Shown: in pieces, positions 35,201 to 46,895 of the stretch
Numbering within the stretch: the stretch's first letter is position 1
Layout: every line of letters begins with the position of its first letter
Assembly: GCA_002633005.1 (NCBI GenBank)
Contig: NMRA01000133.1
Span: 738,627 to 802,626 of the forward strand
DNA: 64,000 nt
Direction of reading: 5' to 3'
Source of the DNA: Phoronis australis
Taxonomy: Eukaryota > Animalia > Phoronida
Notes under the pieces: generated by a model
Told to the model about the DNA's origin: nothing
Databases searched by the model: none
What the model saw: the letters and a program-made list of their open reading frames with translations, nothing else
Position numbers and translations under genes: made by a program

Positions 35201-38200
35201 GTCGGATTAACAAGACCTGATTCGTATTTGCCGGGTATCTGTTGAGAAGTGTAAAAACTCAGCTCGCATTCGTTGGAAATTCCAGGTCGCATTTTGCGAC
35301 TTTATACGAGCTGACAAAAATCTCAGCTCGCATTTCCAAATTTCAGGTGGCAAATGCGACCTGCAGCTCGTTATGTCGAGCCCTGTAACTTCACATTTTG
35401 TTTATGTTTTTTGAAAATGCTGCTGAATTGTGAAGTTGTGAAACAATATGTTTGAACCCACTGTTTTATTTATGAAAATGAAGCTCTAAACCGAGACATT
35501 TTGGTTTTAATTGGATGCTGCTAATATATGTATTAGCCAAAATGACTGTTGAAAGAAAATACCTAACAGATAAGGACATTTTCGTTTAGTGTTTTTGGAC
35601 TGAAGTTTTCTTTTGCCTAGCCTTTTGTTGTTGTAGACATAGATTTGCTCTGTTTGTGGTTTAGATCAACACAATTTTGTTTTATTGCTAACTTCTGATA
35701 CTTTTGCTGACAGGACCCAGTGACAGCTATTCTCCTGGCCGTGGACGGTCTCGTGGTGGCCGTGGATACAGAGGTCGAGGTAAGGTCATGGCTTAATCGA
35801 CACAATTATCAGAATGCACACATTTCAGGTTGAACTGCACTTAACTTTGCTACACTTTTTGACTCTTTGTATTTCTTCTTATTGGCCAATGAAGACTTTT
35901 ATTTCCTCAAAATGTTTTGTTAAAGCCCTGTTGACGCATTTTGTCTCGAATTGTTGATCAGTTTGCATATACTGAGAATTTGCGTGTACTGAGAATTTCT
36001 GCATACAGAGAATTTTCGTATACAGAAGAGGGTTATCAGAGTAGACTGCCGTAATCTAAAATTATGTGTTAATGTTGCAGGTGGTTATGATAACAGATTT
36101 CGAGGAGAGAGAGGTAAGATAGCCCAGAATGTCCGCTGTTTCTGTCTTCTTCTTGACTGTGCCACTGTATTCGCTATAAGAGCACAAACCTACGCCAGGT
36201 ATTTCAGTCTCACTCCATTGTAATAACAATTGGCGGAGGTAAAAGCATTATATTTCAGCATTAAAGGAGTCTTCTAAAGATAATAAAAATTTGTCAAAAC
36301 ATGCTTGGACTAGGTTTTGATGATCATTTTTAATTCCACCAGCACTCGACAAGTGTCATCAATGTATCGACATGTAATTTGCGAAAAATCTCCGATAACA
36401 ATCACAGTTTGTGGCAAATACCTGGGAAGATGACAACTGTTGCGACCCATGCTCCTAGCGATCATAGCAGCAAAAACAGATGTGCAAGTCCCCCATTCCA
36501 AAATCTCTAATTGACCTATTGCAAGCTCTGCCCCCTTGGGGAAAAGTTAACAAACAAACAATAAGTTTTACCCGGCAACGTGTTGTTTGGTGGCTAAAAT
36601 GGCAGCTTGGTAACAAAGGTGTGTCAAGAATGCTGAATTCGGATTGGTCAGTTAAGCTATCATTCAAAATCTTGGCGATAGGTCAATCGATTGACACTTT
36701 GGCTATTTCTAGCTGTTCCTGAAAATTTTATCAAAATAATTCGTACGTTTGATACTTAAGCTGGTGACCATGTGACTCAATGGACCTGCTAAAGCAAGTG
36801 CTTGGCATCATGTGTCTATTAAAGGAGTTAGCAACAGTGAATGTCATGGATCAGGTATTTGAGTACAGTAAAATTTCCTCAAATTCAAACAAAAATAATG
36901 GCTAAATTGACAATTTTTCATTTTTCAAATGCTCATTGCATGGCCAATAACGTTCAAAATTTCGTCATGTGTTTGCTGACGACAGCCATGCTATATAAAG
37001 TTTTCAAATAATCATGCAAAATCGTCATCTTATTCACTCTTGTTTGAAAATTTTGAGAACATAAAATTTCACCGTTTCGCCATATTGTGTTCCAATTTGA
37101 AGAAACTTCACCGTCTCATACCGTGTTGTCACTGCTTACTGTCATATACTATGTTGTCACTGTTTACCACTGTCGGCTGTTCTGATTGTAATCACACTTA
37201 TGGTGGATGAAGGGCTGCTCAAATTGATTTCCTTTCACTTTGATTGCATAACGCATGCTTTCTAGTCGTCATTGCCTCATCCACTTCCTTATGTTTTACT
37301 TTCAGAAACTGGTTACTATAGTGATAAGGATAGGCGTGGCTGGGAGAGGGAGAGAGGACGTGACGATCCCAGGATGGACATTCCTGATGACCCTAGAATG
37401 GACCGTCCACCATTTGACCCACGGTAGCACAATTGATTTTACTGCAACAAAATATAATGACAATTTTGATCTTCTCTCGCCTGCTCAGAGCTGTTAACTT
37501 GGCTTGGACAACTAAGTCCATCAGCAATAATTATTTGAGATGTCCTTAAACACTTGCAAGAAGTTGTTCAATCTTTAGAAGCAAACATTTATGTATAATG
37601 TACAAATGATATTGGTCATTTCTAGAGTGCAGCTTTCTTAGGTTGATCAATAAATGTATTTCACCTTCCTACGCCAGTCAAGTTTTACTGTTGTGTGGAT
37701 TGCAACTCCAACAGTAGAAAATTAGATAAAGTTGAAAAGCATACGTGGATGTTTTCCAACATGATCCCTCGAATCAGCCCGACATTTCCAAAACGAGGCC
37801 AATGAGACAATGCGTTTTACTATCTGGTTTCTATGTGAGACCGTCATATTCGATTGTCGACCTTATTTAAGAAGAGTTCATGACTATCAGACACATTGTG
37901 TCCAACTGCAAAGAGAATGTACAATTGTCGACTGTATCAGATGCATGCACACTGACACAGTGAAGAACTAGGTAGAATAAGCTAACTGATTTTTCTTTTG
38001 CACTGTATTGGGACATGGAAATAGATTTTTGGTGCTGCAATTTGTGATTTAAAATGGTGTTCAAGTCCAGAAGTATGGTAGAGTAGTCAATTCAAGATCC
38101 AGTCTCGTAGTATTTTTTGGTGAAGCTAATAATAAATTATCAAAATTGAACCTTATTTGATTGTCTTGACAGACTTCAAGAAGACGATCGTCCTCGATTC

Positions 38201-41200
38201 AGGCATCAGGAGATGTCCCCAGGCCGACATCCGGGTGATCGAGAACGCGATTATGATCGAGGTCGGCCAGAAGAGACACCACCTGTTGGTAGGCGAAGAG
38301 GTGACGAGGACGCGGCTGCAAAGTATCGCAGCAGGCCAGACATAGACGAAGAAAGGGGACGGAGACGAGACAAGTCACCGGCAGCAAATCAGTACAGAGA
38401 AGAAGATGTCAGAACAAAGTACAAGTCTGGGTCTGTTCATTTTTTTGAACTTGATGTTATGCAGACTGTTTTATAACAATAACGTTTCCTTGGGGATGAG
38501 TAGTGCATTTAGTGTCTGAAATATCAATTGGGCAACTACCCCATACCTGTGACTTTGTCTTGTGACTGTGAAATACAGGTGTGTGCAATTGAAATTGAAA
38601 TCTGTCCTATTTGCTATATGAAAACTTTTGCATATTCCTATCATAGGGATCGGCAGCGCGATATATCATCTCCATCTAGAGAGCGTGCAAGTCGACATGG
38701 TGATGAAGGCGGGAGAGGTAGACGTAAGGATGTCTCGCCATCAGCATCTAGTCACCATAGTGACGGTGGGAAACAGAAGGCCAGGAATGCCTCGCCCCAT
38801 GGCAGTCGCTATGGCGATGAGGATGAGCGCCCACGCAGGGCTCGATCTCCCGAGGTGCAGAGATATTCCCGCGATCGAGAACGGGAAAGAGACAGGGATA
38901 GAGACGAGGACAAACGGAAGGAGCGAGACGGAGAAAGAGAAAGGGACAGGGGAGGCAAACCTAGGATGAGGAAAGACGAACTTATATCAGAGTTTAAGGC
39001 CGAGCGACAAGACAAGTCATCTCCGGTGCCTTCAGAACGAAGGGACAAATCCTCATCTTCCCGCCGCAGTGACAATTCTCCTCATCGGTCAGAACGGCGA
39101 GACAAACGGGTATGTAGCCCAGTGTGTTACATTGGAAGAGCTAACGGTAATATTCCTGTGAAGAGAGTTGATGTTTTTAGCATCATAGCATTGTTCTTTG
39201 GTAGCTTTACAAAAACATTTGTGCCATGCAATGTATACCAGAAAATGTAGACCTATGCCATTTTTTGGTATTACTAATAATGCTCCTCTCAGCCATCATA
39301 GAGGGGAAATTAGACACCTGGTATTAGGGTAAATAACTGAGACAAAAACAGATGGCAGTAAAATGTAGTGACGTGGGTACCTGTGGAGTACACTTATTAA
39401 GCATTTTTTGGTTCAGTTGTGCCCGTTTACTATTTAAAAATCCAATTCATTTGCCCAGCACCTCGTTGTTGGCATGTGTTCAAAAGAAAACCTCAGAAGA
39501 AAATCTCGTCGGACTGCCTGATGGTCTGAGGTGACACGTGTTGACCTTTGATATGAAACTGATTGTATGTATCATGTTACTGCTATTCCCTGGAGCTGTT
39601 GTGCTGAATATTTGATAAGTCTGCGAGGACGTTTTCTTACAAGATTATGCTGAGCACCTTCTGCTTACACGTCATCAGTGGCTGCCTGGGTCATTTATGC
39701 CCAAGTCTATTGCCATTCTTAGCTAAAATCGCCGCATTTATCCTGTGCTGTAATTTGAGTTTTAATTAACTTGCACGTTTTAAGTAATTTTTGTATTTGT
39801 TTCCATTTCCGCCACTTTCATACATTCATCAAAGCTACAAGCAGATTTCTGCATGTTTTTTTATTGAATATTAGCTATACTTGGTGATCAGTTCTAGACT
39901 CATCTTTCCTAAGTCATGTTAAACTGAAGTGTATGTTAGTTGAAAACTGGTATCATTTATTGATCCGTAGACCTGATTTTACTTACTGGAGAAATTTAAT
40001 TGTAGGTGTTGATGAAAAACTCCAAGATTATGGTGGTAATATTACCGTAGTATCTTTCTTTTAGTCCTTGGAAAGGGAAGAGAAAATTGATAAAAGGGAC
40101 GAAGAAAATCGAGAGAGGAAAAGAAAACGTTCGCCTTCACCAGTGCGAGATGAGAAGGAAAGAAAAAGACCACATTTGGGTATGCTCTAGAGGTGTTCTC
40201 ATTCAACCTCATAGTGTTTATGTGGGTGCATTATGCTGTTGTCCTTATACGTCTGTTCGTTCACCATCTGTTGCTGTATCTCCAACACCCGTGAGTGAAT
40301 GTTCATGACATTTTGCAGATATACTCCTGTCATGGAGGAGTGCCCAGCAAATTTTCGGACAAACGCGACCACCAGTATACCCCTTGTGGCAATTATATTT
40401 TGTTACAGAAAATTTTTTATTTCATTTAGAATGTATTTGGCATATTCTGTGCCACCTATTTGCCATTTTATGCACCCACACACATAGGCTATTTTAAGTT
40501 TACTGGTGGGAATGTTTGAAATAATCCTCCCTTGTATGTGCACTGTATGGGATGCACACGGTGAGCGCTTGTCAACGCTCCACGATGCTCTTGTTATTGT
40601 TGTTTGCATCGATTATCAGTTATCAATTGGAAGTCTTTGACTTCATATTTGGTTGGAAAGATTGTTGAGGCTTTTCACCGAGGCACTGTGGCTGTTACCA
40701 ATTTTTCAGTTCGGCGAGATATGATCAGTTACTTGTTAAATTGTTTATTCTCTGAAAGAGTACCCAATGATGCTGTAATGAACATATGTTTAATTGCTGA
40801 AACAGCGTTTGAACCATGATGTTTAACTGTAATGTTGTTTCACAGCTGATTCAGTGCCTGCCTCTCCCCAGCCTGCTGAGGTGGGTACTCCCACAGTTGA
40901 TGAGGCAGTGAGGCTTGGACCCACAGACACATCAACAGGTATGTTGAAGACCTGAGTAGTAACAGTCAACACAGGTAGGGTATAACCTCTGCATCCCTCT
41001 CGTCATGAAAATCTGGAAAGTGATGCGTGTTTGCTGTCATAGAAACTGAATGGAAAATGAAGATACGATGAACATTCTGGGAGATCTCATGAAACATTCA
41101 TCAATCAAATAAAAATGTCTTATTTTTGAAGTCACTTTGCGAAAACCCTTTATTTTACTTAACACTTTGTGAGTTGATGAAGTTGTCGTTAAAGGCTTGG

Positions 41201-44200
41201 CAACCGTCGTTTGTAGAACTTAGTAATTTGTCTATTTTTATCAAACATGACTAATAAAAATTAAAATTTTAGTTACATTGGGGCTTGGCTCTGTAGCACA
41301 GTCTATGGTCAAGTAGACATACACCAGACTACTTCTTTGCAGAACATCCTACGGTAGTAGGTTTGTATTTTTCTCGTGTTGACTGAAGGAAGAGTTTATT
41401 GATTGGTAAAAGTTAAATATTTTTTATTTATACACCTCGCCCCATCTAAAATTGTGTTGCATATGCATGTCTGTAAAGTTTCACTGTTCCAAATTTAGTT
41501 GTAGTACGATGTCCGTACTGCATTCCTGGTATGTGATAATGAAAAGTGTTATACTCAAATGAGTCGAGGAAAGTCAATGACGCTAAGTTTTAACTTTACT
41601 TGTCTAGGTCTTGAATAGTAGCGAGTATCAATTTCTATAAGCAGGTAATATGTCACCAATTTAGGGCACAATATGGCTAACAAGTGAAATTTTATTTTCT
41701 CGTTTTTTCATAAAAATTTTATAGCGTGAAATGAATGCTCTAGCTGTGCTATAGCTATGGTCAAAAAATATTTTGAATAATCTTTTGGCATTCACAATAA
41801 TGTTAGAAGACTTTCAAAAAAGGTAATTTTAGCAATTATTTTTGTCCGAAATTGGCATGATTTTACCCCTATTAATATGACAAAAACACTGCAAATATAA
41901 TTTCTTGGGACAAAATTCTAATCTGATAAAAAAATTACTCAAATTTGATTGAAGAAATCGTGTCATTTCAAGTTTTGACATTTGTAACCCTTTTTGTATC
42001 TACCTGCATAGATGTGAAAGTTGAGGAACCCTCGGCTACAGCCGAGTTCAGTGATTGGTCAGATGAGGACATGACAGCAGAGCCATCACCGGTATCTGAC
42101 ACCAAGGTAAACGTTGTTATAGTGGACAAAGGATAACCAGTCCTACTGGGTAACTTGGCCCAAGTTATTGGTATTAATTTAACAGAAAGTTGTAAAATTG
42201 TTATCAACATTTTTGTTGATGTATGGCCTTTCATAGCTTACCCTTCTGGGGACATTACTTAGTGCACCCACATGTATGTATGGGTGGTCCCATTTTGAGC
42301 TTGGAGAGAGTAACTAGTCCACATAGTGGCTTAGAATATTTCGGATGGTTGTGTATCATGGTTGTCATTCAAACACAAGACCTTTTGAAATTGACATGCA
42401 AAGTCAGTAGTTCTTTGTGAACCTTGCTCTTTGTCATACAACTGTACCAGTTGGACTGTAAACACTTCTTAACAAAGGGTTTATGGTCCTGGTTGAGAAG
42501 ATAACTGTTTTATTACCCCTATATGGATTCAGAATAGTTGAGCCTGAAATGTAGTTGCAGAGAGGAGAAAATCAGCATGCCGACTGCAAAACATTTTTGC
42601 ATGTCGTTTTTAATTGAACAGAATTTGAAACTGAAATTTGTTGTTTTTGAGTGTTTCACGCCAACTTTTGAATGAAATTTATTCAAACTGTCGAAAAGAT
42701 ATTGGAATTTGTGCAAGTTTTCTTTTGGAAATGTAAATGTTTATATTGAAAGTTACAGATTACGTGCCAATGAGTTGTCAGGCGTGTGTTTGGATCAAAG
42801 AGAGGGTGTCAACGCAGACAATTTTCAAATAGCTTAGTCGGACTACTGCTATAACCCCTGTTGGCAATGTTATTTTATTTGCACCTGCCTCAATTTCTAC
42901 CAAGTTTGGTGAAACATGGTGAAATTTGAAATGTTTCTAATGAGATGGTACACCTTGATTTTCAATGGATATGAAAACCGCTATGCCATCTGGTGGCAGT
43001 TTTAGATTTTTGCACCTACCTTAGTACCTACTAAGTTTGGTGAAGAATTGTCATGAAATTTTGACAGTTATGTTTCTTATGTAGGGAGTATGGTAATTTG
43101 GTGTCCGTTTCTTTTTTTGGCATCGGTTGTTCTGTCTACCTAACAGCTTACTAAATCTTCAGGAAATTTGGTAGAAGTGTTTCTGTTGAAGGTTGTCTGA
43201 CTTACATTGATATTTGCCTCCTAGTGGAAATGCTATGTTGTTACACCTGCCTCACCAATCTAGTGCCAAATTCAAATGGACCATCATGCAATTTGTTAAA
43301 TGTTCCCCTTAACTAGAGCAAGTCCTATGTTGACTTTCGAATGGAACCGCCCACTGCTGTGCCCTTTTGTTTGGATTTCACCTTTTGGCCTCTGTAAATG
43401 CAGAATCTCTTGGTGGAACTTTGTTAAATTTGACATATGTGCTTCTGCACCTGCCCAACTGTGCTGTGGCATGTTCTGTGTCCTTCAGTGACGTTGATAA
43501 TTGGACAATTTCAACTACTGCTGCAGTCCTTGTGGCAGTATTAATAGTTTTCTTTCCAGCAGTCTCAGTATCGACCAGGGGTGCATTTGCCACTGAATTT
43601 TCACGTGATCAGCACTATGCCACATTGACACAATTTTAAATTCACTAGTGTACCACTCAAGTGCGTGGAAATGTTTGAAAAAATGAGCACTCCTCATAAC
43701 TGCCATTTGTGATGCCCAATGTGGGCTCTTGTTGCTGTCACAATTTCTCATTTCTCGTTCTGTTTTTGTCTGTAAACAAGAGCTTCATGGATGACAGAAA
43801 ATAATGCCAGCTATTGCTATTTATTTTTTGCATTGTAGTCTGAACAAAGGGATGACAAACCTGAGAAACCTAAACAAGAAAAGCAAACCGAAGAGTAAGT
43901 GACAGTGGTGTGTCTGCTTAGCGGTGGCTTATTTTCAGTTGCACAAGAGCAAAACAGTGGCTGGACTGACAGTCAGCAGGTGTATTTGAAATTAAAACTA
44001 CCTCGATGGTTTTCAGTCTGGAGGTGGTTGCATGTCATTTCAAAATGGGCAGCTTGAAAATTCACTGAGTAGCGCTGAGACGAAGGTCCTACCAGTATAA
44101 ATGCATACATTCAGGTAGTCGTGAGGGACTCTTAGCCCATAAACCAAAAATAAATTGCAATCGTGTGCTTCAAAAATTTCTGTATTGTGTGGCTAGAGAT

Positions 44201-46895
44201 GCACTGTGTGCTCAATTTCTTATACTTAAGTTCCCAATTTGAACTCTGATCTCATTGTAGGTCTTCCCTCGATAATTAATTTAAGTGTTGCGTCATGTTA
44301 CTGAGCTTCTCTCAACATCTACTACATGAGGTTGAAATTTTACTTTGTTTGTCGTGTGCTTTACAGCAGTGTTAGTACAGCACGGAATGATAATTGAACC
44401 TTCCTCTGCAGGGATGAGGCCAAAGGACCCGAGACTATGGAGTATGACCCCATCTCGGACGATGAACTGGATGAGTTATTGGATGATTCAAACTCAGTTG
44501 ATCAGCCAGTCAAAAGCAAGTCTGTTGACGCTCTCGATATAGATTGGGCCAGTCTAATGAAACATTCTAAACCCAAGGTTGCTGTTGAAGGATCTGCGTT
44601 GAAGAGATTCACACCAGCTAATGTGTTCTCTAGACTTGGACTGGCTTCAGAGTACGCAGGAGAGGCAGTGATGGAGAAGATTCGCAAAGCGTGTCAGGAC
44701 GAACTGGACAAAGAGGCTCAAGAGAGTAGGTTTTACGAAGGTTAATAGTTAAAGCGGCGTTCAGCCTGTTTTTTGTCGAAAACAAATTTTGATTTAGGCC
44801 AATAACTTATAAAATTGGCCTTGTTCCTTTCCCAGTTTAGAAGTGACCTCTGTGGGCCGGCAAGAACTGACAGTTTGTTATTTCTTTAGACCAGGCCCAT
44901 ATTTCCGGGTCGTATGACCTGAAAGTTTATGAGTCTGATCTTGAGTAACAACAAATTGTCAGTTCTCTTGGAGTCGTAAAGTCACCAATAATTTGAACGA
45001 TTTGAGAACAATTTCATATTAAATAGCAAGTGGCCTAAATCTAAACTAGTTTTTTGACAGAAAGCACGCGTTTAAATGCGCTTTGAATTAACTTGAATTT
45101 CTTAAATGCAATTTTGAGATCAATTCCAGATAGGTCTGTGAATGTTGTTGAATCACCTTTTGTGTCTTGAGGTAATTTATACACGAAAGCCTTTGAATTG
45201 ACTTGCATGGAATACTGCATTCATTGCTTGAACACGGCAAGGTCAATAGTTCAATCCTACTGGAACATCCTAAGTGTGGTTCAATATGCAACTCAACGCT
45301 TTGTAAATTGGGGATCACTTACTGGGTTTCCCTAATGATTATGTTTGCATTAGTCGTAATGAACCTGAACCTGGTGTTCAAGATGATGAAGATTATGTCA
45401 CAGCAACAGTGAAGTGAAATAGGCTTTATATTAAAGTTTACATTAAAGTTGCTACAAATCGACTTTCCGTCAAAAAAGATAAGTTTTGCTACTGCAATAG
45501 ATAATATAATTGGAGGCAGTCTGATACACGTTCTACCAGATGTGCACAGGCCGTGCATGCATGTGGGCCCATTGCAGTGGTCACATGGAACCATTTTTAT
45601 GCTTTATTAATATATGGTTAAAAACGAGCCGAGGAGCTAGAAACCAGATTCAAGGGTTTAGCAGTGTGACTCAGTGGGACTTGAACCCACGACCTTGAGT
45701 AAAGAAAGCGGGCACCTATCACACTAGGCCACACTGCCTCCTCTTTTGCTAGTACAAACCCGTAGTTATGAAATTGCCCCCATTAAGTGATTTTCAGACA
45801 GTTCATTTTATTGACACAATGTGTGCTTTTAAGTGCTTTAATGTTGATTTCTAAGAGTTTCTAAGTAGTAGTTAAATTGGATGCATCCCACAGCATGAGT
45901 GTATAGTGTATCATTCAACTGATTTGTAATGTTCTCGTGAACGAAGTCACCATTTATTGCATTAATTCTGTGCCGTTTGTTATGAAGGTGGAACTGCGGC
46001 CAGAACGTTCAAGTTCGAAAGTGATATTGCTGGTTTCCACGTAAATATTGTGGAATCGCGCAAGGCTCGTGAATCACTGGTGACCAGCGTTGGCGAATTC
46101 CGGCGTGCTTTGTGTGCAAGGCGTGATCTGCGAATACGACGCACACTGTGTAAGCTAGATAAGGTAGGCAGGAAATGCGTCATGCATTGTAACTCTCACC
46201 TGATATATCTATCACAAGATTTATTTTACATCTGCATTCAAGTTCGTGAAATTCATGTCAATCTGGAGAGCGATTTGATTTACAGTATAACTAGCACAAG
46301 TCGGGTACAACTGGACCGAAAATTTCTTCAGAGTTTGGCCAAGTCCGACCTACATGAGAACACAAGTTCATTAACTAGAGTGGCTGTACCACAAAACTTT
46401 TTCAGGGTTTGGGGAAAATACGATTTACGCATGTCGAACTTATGTGACATTTACTTTAGTTCAAACATGGCTTAAGACAGCTCCAAGGCAGAAAATAGCC
46501 TCATCCAATTCTGTTTAAATTGGTAAAGCCATGTTTTTACATTTTTTAGGCCTACATTTTGCTATAACAGCTCAAAGTGTTGCCATGTATTTACAATGAC
46601 CAGTGAGCAGTACAGCAACAAATGTGACAAATTGACTTTCGTTCAGTTTTATTCAAAACTTTAGCGAAACAAAACTCCATCATATCGCTTGTTAAGCTAA
46701 GAAACATTACTTTATTTTGAGGGAACTGAAGATGATAGCATTTCTTCTAACTGCTTCACACTTTCTCTATTTCAGAGTGTAGATCAGGCACTATTGTACC
46801 CAAGTCCTGTCTATGACCGTGACCTTCACAATCTCAGTATTCAACTGTTCCGCTCTGGACAACCGTCTTCATCCTCAACTGTGGAAACTGCATAG
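20246..46895 (+). CDS. ZC3H13: Zinc finger CCCH domain-containing protein 13 (Flacc/Xio; m6A methyltransferase-associated complex), about 1268 aa. Coding exons 20246-20356, 22598-22698, 23969-24050, 24392-24497, 26093-26205, 26604-26695, 27075-27155, 27765-28847, 31931-32061, 35714-35779, 36081-36113, 37306-37423, 38173-38430, 38647-39109, 40065-40179, 40846-40938, 42012-42106, 43839-43894, 44412-44725, 45988-46163, 46776-46895
   Basis: N-terminus MSKSRRRVTVE...KPSVFERLG, then the CCCH finger CRNWLKYGTCTYGSNCRYSHG, a coiled segment LDFDEELLREKKRLEQEL and a long RS/RE/RD-rich middle. Conserved C-terminal blocks FSDWSDED, YDPISDDELDELL, DALDIDWASLM, GSALKRFTP, RALCARRDLRIRRTL and DLHNLSIQLF match the ZC3H13 layout. 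Exon phases close to 3807 nt with a terminal TAG. Confidence 0.93.
20325..20596 (+). repeat. 54-bp tandem repeat x5 that duplicates the 3' end and splice donor of the first ZC3H13 coding exon
   Basis: Unit TTGGTAC(A/G)GGAGGCTTATCTAGGACGTATGAG|GTAGATTTAAGCTTATTGTGCA, with GT at 20357, 20411, 20465, 20519 and 20573. Confidence 0.95.
22025..22520. mobile_element. Non-autonomous hAT-like element with 6-bp TSD (hAT6-like)
   Basis: ATGTTG|CAGGGCTTGGAAT ... ATTCCAAGCCCTG|ATGTTG, with subterminal TTTCCGCG repeats. Confidence 0.85.
24267..24391 (+). repeat. 36-bp tandem repeat (3 full copies plus a partial) forming and duplicating a ZC3H13 splice acceptor
   Basis: CCATACTTCACTTTGCAG-TACT(G/T/C)...TTGTAATGAG x3, then CCATACTTCACTTTCAG| at the exon start 24392. 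Confidence 0.9.
24520..25290. repeat. Intronic minisatellite, 43-47 bp unit, about 16 copies
   Basis: CCGTGAC(G/A)TCACATGAAA(C/T)CAAGACTGTTGTATTTT(G/A)TTAAACCAAT repeated head to tail with recurring variants. Confidence 0.95.
29056..30340 (+). mobile_element. Helentron/DINE-1-like non-autonomous element with internal ~140-150 bp repeats (copy A)
   Basis: Starts TTTTTATGTACCCAC..., then TCTCCTAAACC, ATGAAATTTG and repeated GTGCCCCCTAGTGGC. Same layout as the copies at 30347 and 60159. Confidence 0.6.
30347..31817 (+). mobile_element. Helentron/DINE-1-like element (copy B) interrupted by an unrelated ~280-bp insert near 30500-30778
   Basis: Starts TTTTTATGCGCCCACACAT and ends GCATTTCAATGCTCCGCCTTGCTCTTGTT. 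Aligns by eye with 60159-61852. Confidence 0.7.
32309..33295. mobile_element. piggyBac-like non-autonomous element nested in the MITE above
   Basis: TTAA|CCCGTATCTTGC ... GCAGGATAAGGG|TTAA (10/12 TIR match, TTAA TSD, CCC/GGG ends). Confidence 0.65.
32672..33100. mobile_element. Foldback (near-palindromic) element with modular arms and a 5-bp TSD
   Basis: AAGGC|CAAGGTACCTAAACTACACGGTCAACGGACTCATAAACACG ... CGTGTTTATGAGTCCGTTGACCGTGTAGTTTAGGTACCTTG|AAGGC. Arms of about 185-200 bp are built from AAACACG/CGGACTCA modules. Confidence 0.9.
33741..35385. mobile_element. hAT-like element with 5-bp TSD (hAT5-like), spanning a gap; a related end fragment lies at about 21690-21736
   Basis: TAACT|CAGGGCTCGAC ... 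GTCGAGCCCTG|TAACT, with subterminal CAGGTCGCATTTT repeats at both ends. Confidence 0.85.
40195..40600 (+). mobile_element. Short degenerate Helentron/DINE-like copy
   Basis: ATGTGGGTGCATTATGCTG..., GTATCTCC and the terminal GCTCCACGATGCTCTTGTT are shared with the other copies. Confidence 0.5.
42830..43650 (+). mobile_element. Degenerate array of the same Helentron/DINE-like internal repeat
   Basis: Repeated (A)AATTTGG, GCCATCTGGTGGC, GCCTCCTAGTGG and GACTACTGCT motifs. Confidence 0.45.
44753..45082. mobile_element. Kolobok-like MITE directly downstream of a ZC3H13 exon
   Basis: TTAA|AGCGGCG...TTTTTTGTCGAAAACAAATTTTGATTTAGGCCA is mirrored by TGGCCTAAATCTAAACTAGTTTTTTGACAGAAAG...GCGCT|TTGA (imperfect). 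Confidence 0.55.
45576..45739 (-). mobile_element. tRNA-derived SINE; a body fragment of the same family lies at about 24203-24268
   Basis: The minus strand reads GGCAGTGTGGCCTAGTG (A box) ... GTGGGTTCAAGTCCCAC (B box), followed by a non-tRNA body. GGAACCATTTTTATGCTTTATTAAT...TGGTTAAAA recurs at 24210. Confidence 0.75.

Noticed and set aside
45354-45413. Possible extra ZC3H13 exon (RNEPEPGVQDDEDYVTAT)
   Set aside because: It looks coding, but I could not find a donor giving the phase needed for the acceptor at 45988, whereas 44725->45988 closes the frame. RNA-seq could revive it.
45660-45739. tRNA gene (also 6126-6205)
   Set aside because: Only A/B boxes are present, without an intact cloverleaf. 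At 45660 it is attached to a dispersed repeat body, so it is a SINE head.
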